Of a DNA stretch of 64,000 nt, positions 10,362-20,426 are shown one piece after another. Positions within the stretch are counted from its first letter, which is position 1. Each line of letters begins with the position of its first letter. Under the pieces are notes generated by a model, which was not told where the DNA came from, searched no databases, and saw only the letters and a list, made by a program, of their open reading frames with translations. The DNA comes from a virus (taxonomy: Duplodnaviria > Heunggongvirae > Uroviricota > Caudoviricetes), in IMG/VR virus record IMGVR_UViG_2571042005_000001, positions 48,446-112,445 of that record. One strand, given 5' to 3'. A program made the translations under genes and the position numbers.

Positions 10362-11861
10362 TTAAGCCTCCGTTGCCCAGTCGATGGGCTGAGTTTCGTT
10401 CTCGGTTTTGGAATTGCCAGAGGAGGGTTTGCTTTTCCGCCCGTCAGGGACAGTGGCGTCGGCTTGTTTGCGCACCAGGGCGACTTGCTTTTGCAGGTTT
10501 TCGATGCTCTGGTTTTTGAAGGCAGTGACCATCAGGTCACCTGCAGCCGGGCCATCCTGAGCGCCGTGCAGCCTGACGCACTCGGTGCGCAAATCACCCA
10601 GCAGGGCTTCCCGGTAGGCCGTGCCGTCCGCTGCGCGTGCACGCAGTTCAGTGAGGCTCTGGTCGGTGAGGCCTTCAGCGGTCTGGACCCCGAGGATCCC
10701 TGCGATGCGGGAGCGTTCCGTTGCTGCGCCCAGGGAGAGCACACCCTGGTAGACTTCGGCGTGCTCGGTGCGCAGCACTTCAGGGGTGAGGGCAGGGGCG
10801 TTTGCCGTGGTGCCGCCTGCAGTGGCGGGAGGGGTGGCTGTGGTGCTGGAGCTCCCAGCTTCAGCGGCAGTGTTTTGGGCTTCCTGGTTTTCTTGGGGCA
10901 TGGATGCCTCTCCTTTCCGGTCACGGCCTCTGGTGCCGGTTGCCGATTGAGGGATGGAGTCGAGTTCTTCACGGACGATGTCGGACAGGGTGGCAATGCG
11001 GTCAGCGAGGCCCGCATCGATGGCGGCTTGCCCTCGCCATGTGGCACCCGTGGCGAGCTTGGCGGCTTCCTCGTCGGTCATCTCTCGACCAACTGCAACG
11101 GCATGCACGAACTCGTCATGGATGGCCTGCAGTCCGCCCATCCAGTCTTCGAGGGTCGCTTCATCCATCGCTTCGAAACGCTGCCCTCGGGCTTTGCCGG
11201 GCGTGGAACGCACGTAAGTGAACTTCACGCCTGCCTGAGCTGCCGCTTCGGACTGGTCAACGTGCGTGGCGATCACCCCGATGGACCCGAGTTCCGCTCC
11301 GGGCGCCATGACCACTTCGGTGGCCTGAGAACCAATCCACAGGGCAGCGGAGTACATGCCGTCATTCACCACGGCCACCACGCGTTTCTTCTCCGCTGCT
11401 CGGGCCACGGCGCTGCCTGCAATGCCCGTGCCGGAAACTGTCCCTCCGGGACTGTCGATGTTCAAGATGATGCTGTGCACCCTCGGGTCGTCAGCGAAAG
11501 CATCGATCTGCGTGGCGAAACTGTGCGGATCCACGTAACCGCACATCTCCAACCAACCTGCCCGGGCCATCACCGGGCCAATCAAAGGCATGATCGCCAC
11601 GACTTTCCCGCCGCTGTCAGCCGAGGAACGACCTTCAGCGGTAGGGGTTTTCAGGAGCTCAGCGAGGTTGATGCCTTCGTCGGAGGCACCCACGGTGATG
11701 TTGTACTGGCGGTCTTTTCGCAGTTCAGCCAGCAAGGCCGGGTCGGCATCGATGCCTTCCATTCTTGCGGTCAGGATGGCCAGCATCGTTTCGACGCCCT
11801 GCTCGGACATCAACCAGCGCCCACGGGAAAAGTAACGGTTGATGATGCTGTCAAATTTCAT
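10362..11861 (-). CDS. Prohead protease of the S49 (SppA/ClpP-like) family fused to a scaffold-like C-terminal region (499 aa)
   Basis: Motifs DSPGGTVSGT and MAPGAELGSIGV match the S49 phage head-maturation protease core. The C-terminal half is Ala/Glu/Thr-rich and coiled. It lies directly downstream of the portal gene. Confidence 0.7.
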   Translation of the reverse strand: MKFDSIINRYFSRGRWLMSEQGVETMLAILTARMEGIDADPALLAELRKDRQYNITVGASDEGINLAELLKTPTAEGRSSADSGGKVVAIMPLIGPVMARAGWLEMCGYVDPHSFATQIDAFADDPRVHSIILNIDSPGGTVSGTGIAGSAVARAAEKKRVVAVVNDGMYSAALWIGSQATEVVMAPGAELGSIGVIATHVDQSEAAAQAGVKFTYVRSTPGKARGQRFEAMDEATLEDWMGGLQAIHDEFVHAVAVGREMTDEEAAKLATGATWRGQAAIDAGLADRIATLSDIVREELDSIPQSATGTRGRDRKGEASMPQENQEAQNTAAEAGSSSTTATPPATAGGTTANAPALTPEVLRTEHAEVYQGVLSLGAATERSRIAGILGVQTAEGLTDQSLTELRARAADGTAYREALLGDLRTECVRLHGAQDGPAAGDLMVTAFKNQSIENLQKQVALVRKQADATVPDGRKSKPSSGNSKTENETQPIDWATEA

Positions 11862-11921
11862 GTGTTCTCCTCACAAAAAAACCACCCTGAAGGGTGGCGA
11901 AAAAGGGTGCTTCGGGCGCGG

Positions 11922-13393
11922 TCACTGCACCTGCCTCACCTCCTCGTAGGCGTTGCTGAGCTTGTTGAAGGCCAGCATGGAAGTCACGGCATTTTCAGGC
12001 TGCTGAGGCATGTTCGGTTGACCATCTGCGAGGTCCTCGGTGAGGTCCAAGCCGTGTTTTTGTTCGATGCGGGAACGCATGGCTTTCGGGAACTTCTCGT
12101 ACAACTTCAAGTCGGTGGCCACCTGGATGCTCTCGGTGTTCGCTTCATCCAGAGCGAAAGCGCTCGGGGCCTGCTGGAATTCCACCTGGCAGGCCACTGG
12201 GATGCCGGAGAGTTGCATGTGCAAGTTGATGCCGAATTCGAATTGCCGGGCGACCACGTTGGCGAGGTTCCACGCTTCGGACTCCACCATCGGGTACTGC
12301 ACTTTGGCGAGCGCTTCGGTGGTGGTGTCCACGCTGCCCCTCAGGAAGCCCAGGGTGCGCATCCCGGAGAACTTCAGGCGTTCCAGGGCCTTCATCACGT
12401 CAGGGTAGCCTTCTGCGCTCTTGGCGAGGTGCGTGACGTTCAATTTCGTGCCCAGAGGGGTGATCAGCAGGCCCTGCTCGGCCTGATCGATGATCAACGA
12501 GGCCATTTCGGTGTGGAAGTCCAGCACTGCCGACTGGTAATCCTCGTCGGTCAGGGGCCCTGAGTCCGGGTCGGAGTCGGCTTCCAGCTCTTGCCGGGTG
12601 GGTGTGGGCACTTCGGCATGCAAAAGCACCGCTTTGGCCATCAAACCCACCACCCGCTCAAGGCTCTGGATGGCTTTGTGGTGCATTTCGGTGGCTTGAA
12701 TGGCAGGAAGCATGAGCGGCACCCCATAAGGGCTGTCGCTGTCCGTCTGGATGGGAATGTACCTGTACGTGCGGGTGTCGAGTTGCACTTGCGGACCGAA
12801 AGCCTGCTGGAAGTACTGATAATTCCCTTCTTCATCCTGCGAGATGCGCACCGTTTCGCAGGGCACAATCGCCACGTCCTGCACGCCTTTGCGGTTCTCC
12901 AGAGGGAACCATTCGCAGCTTGACGCTCCGAAGATGGCTTCGCGGAGCTGGTTGTTGGCCAGCCCGTTCAGGCCACCGCCCACAGGGTAGATGCGCTGCG
13001 CCCACACTTTGAATTCCTGCTCGGCTTGCTTCACGGCCCTCGCTCCACCGGTGAACCGCACGGTGTGGCCGGGGTTGGCGAGGGCAATGAAATCACGGAT
13101 TGCGCCGCTCATGTCCGGGTCGAATTGCGCCAGCCAGCGCAGCAGTCGCACCAACCGGACAGCTGAATCGTTCGGGTAACCCGAGAAGGCCATGGTGCGC
13201 ATGCCTCCCATGCCGAAACTTCCGCCGAGCTCACGGGTCGGACCGCGTGAGATGCGGCCCCCTTTGAGTTTGCTGCTCACTGCGCGAACAGCTTGCGCCC
13301 GAAGGTGGGTCAGTTGACTGCGGGCTTCCGGGGTGACAGGGGGGTCCCTTTTGGGGCGACCCAACCCGAGCAGGCGTTGAAAAACATTCATTT
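11922..13393 (-). CDS. Portal protein (about 490 aa; start taken as MNVFQRLL at 13393 with RBS GGAGGTCCC)
   Basis: Size and position immediately after the large terminase. The longer 545-aa ORF in the track overlaps TerL by 170 nt, so the internal start is preferred. Confidence 0.7.
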
Positions 13394-14986
13394 TTTGGGA
13401 CCTCCAGCGTTTCTGTTCCGGGCTGCCTGCATGGACTTGAGGACGGATTTGTATGTGGTGGCAGACACAGGGTTCTGTTCTTCCTCTGGGAGCAGCAGGG
13501 CCGTGGCGGCCCAGACCAGGGCGTCCATGCGGTTGGGGGATTCCATGCCGCGAATCCAACCGGTGAGTTCCTCTTCAAGCAGCTCAAAGAAACCCACGTG
13601 TGAAACCCGGCCTTGCATGTAAGCCACAGCGATGGGCTCCGCGCGGATTTGTTTGCCTTTCGAAGCCCAAACCAAGGTGATTTTGGGGGTGCTGACGCCG
13701 ACGCTCTGGCAGTGCGCGCGCAGCACCGACGAGACCATCTCACCACCGTTGTTCTTCTCAGCGATGATTTCATTTGCCTGCCAGAACCGGTAAGCCTGCA
13801 AAGACACCACAGCCCACTCGTCCGGGCTGTAAGACCCAGTCAGGTCCTCCAGGACGTAACCGCGACCATCCGACCCGAGGGCCATCACCACAATGCCGCA
13901 CTCATCACCAGATTCGGAGGTGCTCGGGTCAAGGGCGACCACGATGCGCACCAGACGCAACGTCTTGAGGTCCACGGTGGGCGGCACCCGGTGGTCTTGA
14001 ATCCACTGCATTTGCCAGAGGGCGGATTCACTGTCGGTCGGGTCGTTCATGTACTCAATCCGGAAGGACTGGGGCGTCATGGCTTTGCGGATTTCCTCAA
14101 GGGCCTCCAAGGACCACCGGGTGGGCCACAGCAGGCTCCCATCCTCCAGGATCGCCTGGTACCTGCGGGTCACCCAACCGCCATTCTCACCTTCCGCCAG
14201 CAGGCGCATCAGCAGGCTTTTCTTGTGCAGGATCGTGCCGAGCACAATGAAGTGGTATTCTTGCGCGCCAGGCAACGGCAGCAGTGCACGCGTGAACCAA
14301 TTCCAGAGTTTCTCCCTCTGGGATGCGGTGTACACGTTCTCGTCGTTCTCAAGGTCATCGACGATGATCAAATCTGGACGCTTACCGCCTTTTTTCAGAC
14401 CACGCAACTTCTGGCGTGCCCCGACGCCCATGAAGCGAATGCCGCCCATGGTGATCACGTCCCGCACGGTTTTCTTGGTGCGTTTCTTGCGGTAATCTTT
14501 CGCTTCAGGCAACCGCAAATGCGGGTATTTCTCGGTCAGTTTCTCGTTCTCAAGCAACTCACCGTACAAATCCCCCATCAACGATTCGGCCTGCGTTGCC
14601 GTGTCAGACACCAGAATGATGAAGGCCTTCCTGAGGTGCGCCGCTTCATACAACGGCCGGCCCAGAGAATGCAGGGTGCTTTTCGCATGGCCACGCGGAG
14701 CGGCAATGCACACCCGGTTGTTCTGCAAAGCCAAACTGGCCGTCTCGAAATGGAACGCAGCAGGTTCACTCGGGAAGTGGTGCGGCAAGAACTCCTGGCA
14801 CCACCCGAGCATCTTGAAGCCATCCAGGCTGATTTTGCTGCTGGCATCCCGGGTGCTTCCGGTCAGGGAGTCAGCGATGTCCTCCAGGTATTCCATCCAC
14901 GCTGGGCGGTCACTCTGGGAGGTCAAATTCGCGGCTTGCCCACTTGCCCGTAACATTTCGGTATAGGTTGGCACGCGTAACTTCAT
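13388..14986 (-). CDS. Terminase large subunit (about 520-532 aa)
   Basis: N-terminal ATPase Walker-A-like CIAAPRGHAKST and a C-terminal RNaseH-like nuclease segment with acidic residues (VALDPSTSESGDECGIVVMA). Sits downstream of the small terminase. Confidence 0.8.
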   Translation of the reverse strand: MKLRVPTYTEMLRASGQAANLTSQSDRPAWMEYLEDIADSLTGSTRDASSKISLDGFKMLGWCQEFLPHHFPSEPAAFHFETASLALQNNRVCIAAPRGHAKSTLHSLGRPLYEAAHLRKAFIILVSDTATQAESLMGDLYGELLENEKLTEKYPHLRLPEAKDYRKKRTKKTVRDVITMGGIRFMGVGARQKLRGLKKGGKRPDLIIVDDLENDENVYTASQREKLWNWFTRALLPLPGAQEYHFIVLGTILHKKSLLMRLLAEGENGGWVTRRYQAILEDGSLLWPTRWSLEALEEIRKAMTPQSFRIEYMNDPTDSESALWQMQWIQDHRVPPTVDLKTLRLVRIVVALDPSTSESGDECGIVVMALGSDGRGYVLEDLTGSYSPDEWAVVSLQAYRFWQANEIIAEKNNGGEMVSSVLRAHCQSVGVSTPKITLVWASKGKQIRAEPIAVAYMQGRVSHVGFFELLEEELTGWIRGMESPNRMDALVWAATALLLPEEEQNPVSATTYKSVLKSMQAARNRNAGGPKK

Positions 14987-15581
14987 CGATCCCCACCTCC
15001 CTCATGGCTTCATCGAGGTCGATGCTGAGCAGCAGCATGAAGTCATCGAGCGCTTTTTTGAGGGCTGCCCGGTCAAATTTCGAGCCTGAGTTGCGCTCCA
15101 CCTGCTCAGCCGTGCGGATCAGCATGCTAAATTCGAACACCGAAAGCTTCTTGATGACCTCCGGGCTTCTGAGATGCTCGGAGGTCATCATGGCCAGCAC
15201 CCTGCAGACCTGCGCAAGGGTGCGCCGCTGGTCCAGGGTTTTGGCTTTGTCCTGCGCAATGCGGTCCTCATTGAACCGCCGTTGCCCTTCCCGGACTTTC
15301 TCCTGGAAGACCTGCCGGACTTTCGGCCAGTTCTCCTCAGCCGACCAGCGCTCCAACGTTCGAACGGTCGGCGCATCCGGCTCTTTGGCGAGATCCGCAA
15401 GGCTGCAGTCGGTGGTGATGTAAAGCATCCGCAACTGCTCACGCAGCACCTGCTTCACTTCAACTGCAACGGCCTTCTTCGGAGGGGGCTTCTTGCGGGT
15501 GGTTTTCTTGGTTGCAGCGGGGCCGTCTCTGGAATTCTTCCGGCCCCGAGTTGCAGCCGGGGGTTTCTCTCTCGGGGCCAT
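14910..15581 (-). CDS. Terminase small subunit (223 aa)
   Basis: Basic Lys/Arg/Pro-rich N-terminus, helical DNA-binding-like middle section, immediately upstream of TerL with overlap. Confidence 0.5.
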   Translation of the reverse strand: MAPREKPPAATRGRKNSRDGPAATKKTTRKKPPPKKAVAVEVKQVLREQLRMLYITTDCSLADLAKEPDAPTVRTLERWSAEENWPKVRQVFQEKVREGQRRFNEDRIAQDKAKTLDQRRTLAQVCRVLAMMTSEHLRSPEVIKKLSVFEFSMLIRTAEQVERNSGSKFDRAALKKALDDFMLLLSIDLDEAMREVGIDEVTRANLYRNVTGKWASREFDLPE

Positions 15582-15604
15582 GTCACCTCCAGGTGGCTGA
15601 AAGG

Positions 15605-16645
15605 TCAGTGATCAACGCTTCTGGCTTGCTCCAGTTGACGCTTCACGCACAAGGCGATTTCTCGCATCATCAAAGGCGGCACGCTGTTCCCAACCCGAGC
15701 CCACGCCTCCTTGAACTCACCGGGGAACTGGTATTCATCCGGGAAGGAACCGAGGCGCTTCAGCTCACCGAGGTTGATCAACCTCGGGTAACGCCAGTGG
15801 TAAATGCCAGAAGCGCCATTCCCGAACACCGTTTTGCTGATCGTCAAAGCAGGCTTGTTCGGGTCGAGTTTGTGGCTGTTGAACCAGTGGCCTTTCGGGT
15901 GGGCCTCATCGAAGCCCTGGCCGGGTTTCACTTTCGCCCAGATGGACTTCCCGAACTCCGACTGGATCAAACCGGAGTCCTGGTCTTCAGGGAGACCCTC
16001 GAAAGCCTCCCGGACGGTGACCGGTCGGGTGTGCGGCACCGGAAAGACCGGCTGCAGCTTCAAGTCTTTGCGGAAACCCACGAAGATCATGCGCTCCCGG
16101 GCTTGAGGCACCCCGAGGAAACTGGCATTCAGCTTCCGGCAGGCCACTTCGTACCCGCAGGATTTCAGTTCCGTGAGGATCTCAGCAAAAACCTGCTTCA
16201 TTTTGCCTTTCACCATCCCGGCGACGTTCTCCATCACGAAAGCCCGGGGCTGCACGCCCCTCAGGAGGCGCACGAATTCCCGGAACAACTGGTTTCTCGG
16301 GTCATCAATCATGCGCTTCCCGCTGGTGCTGAAGCCCTGGCAGGGAGGACTCCCGTCGAGCACGTCCAACTCACCGACCTGCAGGCCCGTCAAACGGAAG
16401 AATTCAGGCACCGACAACTGCGCGATGTCCCCATGCCACACCTGCAAGTGAGGGTAATTCAACCGCAAAGTGTCCACGGCGTGCTGCTCCCAGTCCACCG
16501 CCAGAACTTCCTTGAAGCCCGCCATGTGGTAACCGGTGCTCGACCCGCCACCCCCAGCGAAGAAACTCGCCACGGTCGGTGCTCCTTGCGCTCTGGGGGC
16601 ATGCGCGTCCGACCAGCACTGCCTGAGGAAATCCGGGTAGGTCAT
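15605..16645 (-). CDS. DNA (cytosine-5)-methyltransferase (346 aa)
   Basis: Canonical C5-MTase motifs are visible: FAGGGG (motif I, AdoMet binding), PCQGFS (motif IV, catalytic Cys), ENV (motif VI), QARER (motif VIII) and GNSVPP (motif X). Confidence 0.9.
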   Translation of the reverse strand: MTYPDFLRQCWSDAHAPRAQGAPTVASFFAGGGGSSTGYHMAGFKEVLAVDWEQHAVDTLRLNYPHLQVWHGDIAQLSVPEFFRLTGLQVGELDVLDGSPPCQGFSTSGKRMIDDPRNQLFREFVRLLRGVQPRAFVMENVAGMVKGKMKQVFAEILTELKSCGYEVACRKLNASFLGVPQARERMIFVGFRKDLKLQPVFPVPHTRPVTVREAFEGLPEDQDSGLIQSEFGKSIWAKVKPGQGFDEAHPKGHWFNSHKLDPNKPALTISKTVFGNGASGIYHWRYPRLINLGELKRLGSFPDEYQFPGEFKEAWARVGNSVPPLMMREIALCVKRQLEQARSVDH

Positions 16646-17208
16646 GGCACGAACTCCTCACCGCAATGCGGACAGGTCACCTTCTTCACTTCCTTGGCGA
16701 TTTCTTCGGTGTACTCGGGAAATTCAGAAGGCAAGTTCTCAGCGTTGAACTTCTCGAACAGGGCATTCACTTCAATTTCAGAGAAGCCCGTCCCGAGCAG
16801 AGACCCACCATCGGCTTGCAGTTCCTGCAGCCACGTGGACAGGTTGGCTTGCACCCAACCGCCCAGTTCTACGTGCTTGTTGTCGGCAACCACGTAAGCC
16901 CGGGCGTCCACGTCGCTGGACAGGTGCACGCCACGCACCACCGGAATCAACCACTCGCCGTCCTGCTCGGCCACCCGGTCCGGTGCAGGCTGACCAGAAG
17001 CTTTCAGGGCACTCAAGGACTCCAATCGACCGTGCCCAGCGAGGATCTTGTTGGTGGTTTCATCCAGCAGGATCGGGCTGACGTACCCGAACCGCCCGAG
17101 GGACTCTTGCAGCTCGGTGATGGCGTGGTCTTTGGGGTTCCCATCCCAGGTGAGGGACAGCAGGGCCGAAAGGGGCATGTACTCAATTCGCATGGTTTGC
17201 TGTTGCAT
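16642..17208 (-). CDS. ParB-like nuclease domain protein with C-terminal Zn-ribbon (188 aa)
   Basis: ParB/Srx-fold motif KILAGHGRLESL. C-terminal CPHCGEEFVP. 4-nt overlap with the C5-MTase gene, suggesting co-translation. Confidence 0.65.
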   Translation of the reverse strand: MQQQTMRIEYMPLSALLSLTWDGNPKDHAITELQESLGRFGYVSPILLDETTNKILAGHGRLESLSALKASGQPAPDRVAEQDGEWLIPVVRGVHLSSDVDARAYVVADNKHVELGGWVQANLSTWLQELQADGGSLLGTGFSEIEVNALFEKFNAENLPSEFPEYTEEIAKEVKKVTCPHCGEEFVP

Positions 17209-17258
17209 GATTCACTCCAATAAAAAACCCCGAGCCGTACAGACTCGGGGTGGGTGTG

Positions 17259-17335
17259 TGGCGATCCGGGCAGGATTTGAACCTGCGACCCTGCGTTTTG
17301 GAGACGCACGCTCTACCAGACTGAGCTACCAGATC
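17259..17335 (-). tRNA. tRNA-Trp (anticodon CCA), 77 nt with encoded CCA
   Basis: The reverse complement folds by eye into a cloverleaf: acceptor GATCTGG/CCGGATC, D-arm GCTC-AGTCTGGTA-GAGC, anticodon stem TGCGT/ACGCA with loop CTCCAAA, T-arm GCAGG-TTCAAAT-CCTGC, discriminator G, CCA. Confidence 0.8.
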
Positions 17336-17514
17336 ACGAAAGCCCAGAGTGCCCCTCTGGGCTGCATTTCGTCAACGAAAGTCTTTCAGCGCCTCCCGGA
17401 TTTTCTGATCGCTGTCCGGTGTGGGCTCTGGGTGTTTTGCGCGCTTGGCATTGCGGTGCTTCTGGATCACCTGCTTGGTTTGCAGGGCCAGAGCGAAAGC
17501 CATCGGGCTGGGCT

Positions 17515-17757
17515 TCATTCCCGCTCAGGGTAATGCCAGGTGCCCACAGCTTTCGTGTCCTCATCTTGCGCGATGCTGGCCACGCCGTAAGGTGCCTGTT
17601 CGGTGTCATTGAAAGGATCAGGGAAAACTGTGGCATTGACCCTGTTTTCACTGCTCTCAAAAGCGTTGTTGACGATGGCGGGACGGTGCCACTCTTGGCC
17701 GTGTCGATCTGTGGTGACGTAGTGAATGATTCTTCCAACTGTCGCTTTGGTGGTCAT
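17515..17757 (-). CDS. Hypothetical protein (80 aa)
   Basis: Minus-strand ORF with a plausible globular composition. Confidence 0.35.
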   Translation of the reverse strand: MTTKATVGRIIHYVTTDRHGQEWHRPAIVNNAFESSENRVNATVFPDPFNDTEQAPYGVASIAQDEDTKAVGTWHYPERE

Positions 17758-17970
17758 GGTGTTCTCCTGTCGGGTGCCTGTCTTGCACTCTGGGTGGGCT
17801 GAAAGGGCTTAAAGCGGAACGTGGTGCCATTTGTCGCATGGCTGCGAGATGGGGATCACCTCCTTAGCGCAGGGCGCCACATGCTGATGGTTTGGGTGCA
17901 TGGCCTGAAACGGGGTGCGGTAAGTGCATTTTCATGGTCTACCTCAGGGCCACCCGTTAGCTGTTTGTTG

Positions 17971-18396
17971 TTAAACGTCTAACGGTTCGTCTTGGAACAG
18001 TTCACTCAAATCAAAATCCGGCCGTGTCCTGCACTGGCCGGATTTCAGTGGCGCACCTTTGACAGCCAGAGCTGCTGCGCAAGCTGCAAGGGTGGCTTCC
18101 CGCTGTTGAGCTTGGGACCTCTGGGCAGGCAAAACCAGAAATTTCCTGCCGTTGGCCTCCTCCCACACCCATCCCCTCTGGCCGGTGATGTCGCAGAACA
18201 CATGCAGCATGCGCGCTGAAAGGTCAGGGTTGCAGTGCGGGTCGAGGATGCAGGCATGCAGCTCATGCAAAGGCGCAGAGAAGCGCTTGCTGAACCATGC
18301 TGCATCAGCGGTCTTGCCATTGGGCAGAGGCGTCGCTTCTATGAAATTCCGAAATGACATGCAACCTCCCAGAGCAGCCCAGGCCGGGACTCTCAC
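17971..18396 (-). CDS. Hypothetical protein (141 aa)
   Basis: Minus-strand ORF with no recognisable motif. Confidence 0.35.
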   Translation of the reverse strand: MRVPAWAALGGCMSFRNFIEATPLPNGKTADAAWFSKRFSAPLHELHACILDPHCNPDLSARMLHVFCDITGQRGWVWEEANGRKFLVLPAQRSQAQQREATLAACAAALAVKGAPLKSGQCRTRPDFDLSELFQDEPLDV

Positions 18397-18750
18397 CCGG
18401 ATCTTCCCTCACGGGACGCTTTCCTTAAGCGACCTGAACGAAAGCCCTGACCGTGAAGCCAGGGACCCGAACGGCAAACATCGAACCGGTGCGAGCAGAG
18501 CCCATCATGGATGCTTCGCACCGACTGGCTTCTCGCGCCAGACGACCCCCTTGCTGACCTTCCCTGCCCGGGTGCTTTGAGATGCCCATCCGGCAACCCT
18601 AGACCAGCAAGGACCCTCAGGAGGTGACCCCCTATCAACTGGGCCCGGAATGCCACCGGGGTGGGTGCATGCGCCACCTTGCACCTCTGGCCTGAAACCG
18701 CCACGGCGCTGGCAGGTCCACTTCGCGCTTCAAGCCTCGCGCAGCCTCGC

Positions 18751-18786
18751 ATCTGCCTGCAAACCGAAACGAAAAAGGCCTGCACA
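18751..18786 (-). terminator. Rho-independent terminator (minus strand) after gene 18851..19801
   Basis: A GGCCTGC/GCAGGCC stem with a 6-nt loop is followed on the minus strand by TTTTTCGTTTCGGTTT. Confidence 0.5.
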
Positions 18787-18850
18787 ATGGCAGGCCCTGA
18801 CAGACTTTTTGCAGCTTAAATACATTATACGGGGTTTTGCGTGTAAAAGG

Positions 18851-19801
18851 TCAATCGGGGTTTTCCTCCTGCTCCAGCAGGGCAGCAGAATCCCTCAGGA
18901 ATTGCTGCTCTGACTTCTGGTTGAAGTGCTCCACCAAAGTGGCCTGCTCCAGAGTTCCATCCTTGTGGACCAGCACGCTCACCCCTCCGGCATGCACAGC
19001 CTGATCCGGGCTGTTCCCATCAGGATCCTGATCGCCCAGCACGTCCCGCACGAAAGATCGGGCTTCTCTGGCCTTGAAGTTCCTTTCAGCCATCAATTCT
19101 CCAGGTGTGTCCCAGTGCATGGTCAAAGACAACCGCAAAGCCTCCAGTGCCTGCAGCATCCGCGGATGCTTCTTGCGGATGGCGTCACGCAGCACCAGAG
19201 CACCCCGGTCCTCTCGCCACACGAGATGCATGTCATCTTCGATGGGCCGACCATTCAGGGTGGCTTTGCTGGAAAGCCATGCAGCCAGGTCCTGCCAGGC
19301 GGCAGGGTTGTGGGGCCTGCCGGAGAGGATGTCGAGGGCTTCACCGTTCACGATCTCCAAGGGCCTCTCGGGGGTGTTGGTGTGCAGCACAATCAATTCG
19401 AAGTAAAAGCGGATCCCGTCGAGGGTCATGAAGTGCACGCCCGGCTGGTACCTTCCGGTGGCCACCTTGCGGTTCTGGTCGTATTCTTTCCTGCAGCGCA
19501 CAAACCTGCGTTCGGCATGCACGGCCTGCACGGCGAGGGCTTTGGCATCATCGAACTGGCCTCGCCACACCAGGAAACTCATTTCTTTCAGCAACCGGTG
19601 GGATTCCATGAACGCATCGATCATCTGCACACTGGAATGGTCCGCTGGCTGCTCGGGGTTCGGCAACCCCATCAAGTTCAAGTCAAAATCAGGGAGGCAA
19701 TGCCCCAACCAGATGGCTCTGGCAATGAGGTTGTGTTCCAGTTTCATGTCGGGGGTGTATTCGCGTCGGTTCATCCTCAGTGTCTCCCAGAAGAAAACCA
19801 C
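18851..19801 (-). CDS. Hypothetical protein (316 aa)
   Basis: Long clean minus-strand ORF followed by a terminator. Confidence 0.5.
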   Translation of the reverse strand: MVFFWETLRMNRREYTPDMKLEHNLIARAIWLGHCLPDFDLNLMGLPNPEQPADHSSVQMIDAFMESHRLLKEMSFLVWRGQFDDAKALAVQAVHAERRFVRCRKEYDQNRKVATGRYQPGVHFMTLDGIRFYFELIVLHTNTPERPLEIVNGEALDILSGRPHNPAAWQDLAAWLSSKATLNGRPIEDDMHLVWREDRGALVLRDAIRKKHPRMLQALEALRLSLTMHWDTPGELMAERNFKAREARSFVRDVLGDQDPDGNSPDQAVHAGGVSVLVHKDGTLEQATLVEHFNQKSEQQFLRDSAALLEQEENPD

Positions 19802-20160
19802 CCTGGGTGCTCGGGTGGCTGGTGTTGGTGTTCAGGTGTTGGGCTGTCCAGTCAAATCCGGTGTGAGGTCACGATGGGTTCAAAGCCGTCCCTTTCTGCG
19901 CTTCGAGGCGTTCGGGTGGCGCTTACGCAACCGCTCTGGCTTCCGATGAGGTGCAGGCTGAGCGTGGATTTTGAAGGGTGCTGGGGCATGCCGAATCAAG
20001 CCCATCTGCACGGAAAGGAAAAATTCCTTCAGGCTGATTCCCCTGCACGCCAGTTCCTGCTGGATGCGGTGCCTCGGGTACCCGGCGTGCTCCAGAGACC
20101 GAATCATGCTTTCGTTTCTGGCATGCTGCCGTATGAACCCATGGAGGTGGCCGTTGTGTG

Positions 20161-20400
20161 TCATCTCGTTGCCCTCTGGGAGTGACGGTTTCGCATTTCT
20201 TCTGCGAAGTCCTCCCGGTGGAGTTGCACGCCACGCCAGAAGGCGGCAACCTGCTCGGGGTGCGTGTACGGACAGTGGATGCTCCATTTGAAGCCTGAAC
20301 TGTTGGCTTTGAGGGCAAACAGGGCTTCTTCGTAACCGTGGGTTTCGGCTTTCTCCAGAGCCACCCTGACGGTTTTCTCGATTTGAAATCGGGTTTTGGG
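20161..20400 (-). CDS. Hypothetical small protein (about 80-108 aa; start uncertain)
   Basis: Minus-strand ORF. The upstream part of the track ORF overlaps its neighbour. Confidence 0.3.
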   Translation of the reverse strand, partial: PKTRFQIEKTVRVALEKAETHGYEEALFALKANSSGFKWSIHCPYTHPEQVAAFWRGVQLHREDFAEEMRNRHSQRATR

Positions 20401-20426
20401 CAAAGGGGTGTGTTGCTCTGGGTTGG

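Noticed and set aside
319-16897. Long plus-strand ORFs across the structural module (e.g. 319..1311, 1414..3156, 5692..7098, 7011..8087, 8800..9969, 10464..12563, 13613..14953, 15512..16897)
   Set aside because: They are low-complexity (Gly/Ala/Leu/Gln/His runs) antisense readings of well-supported minus-strand structural genes. High-GC DNA keeps antisense frames open.
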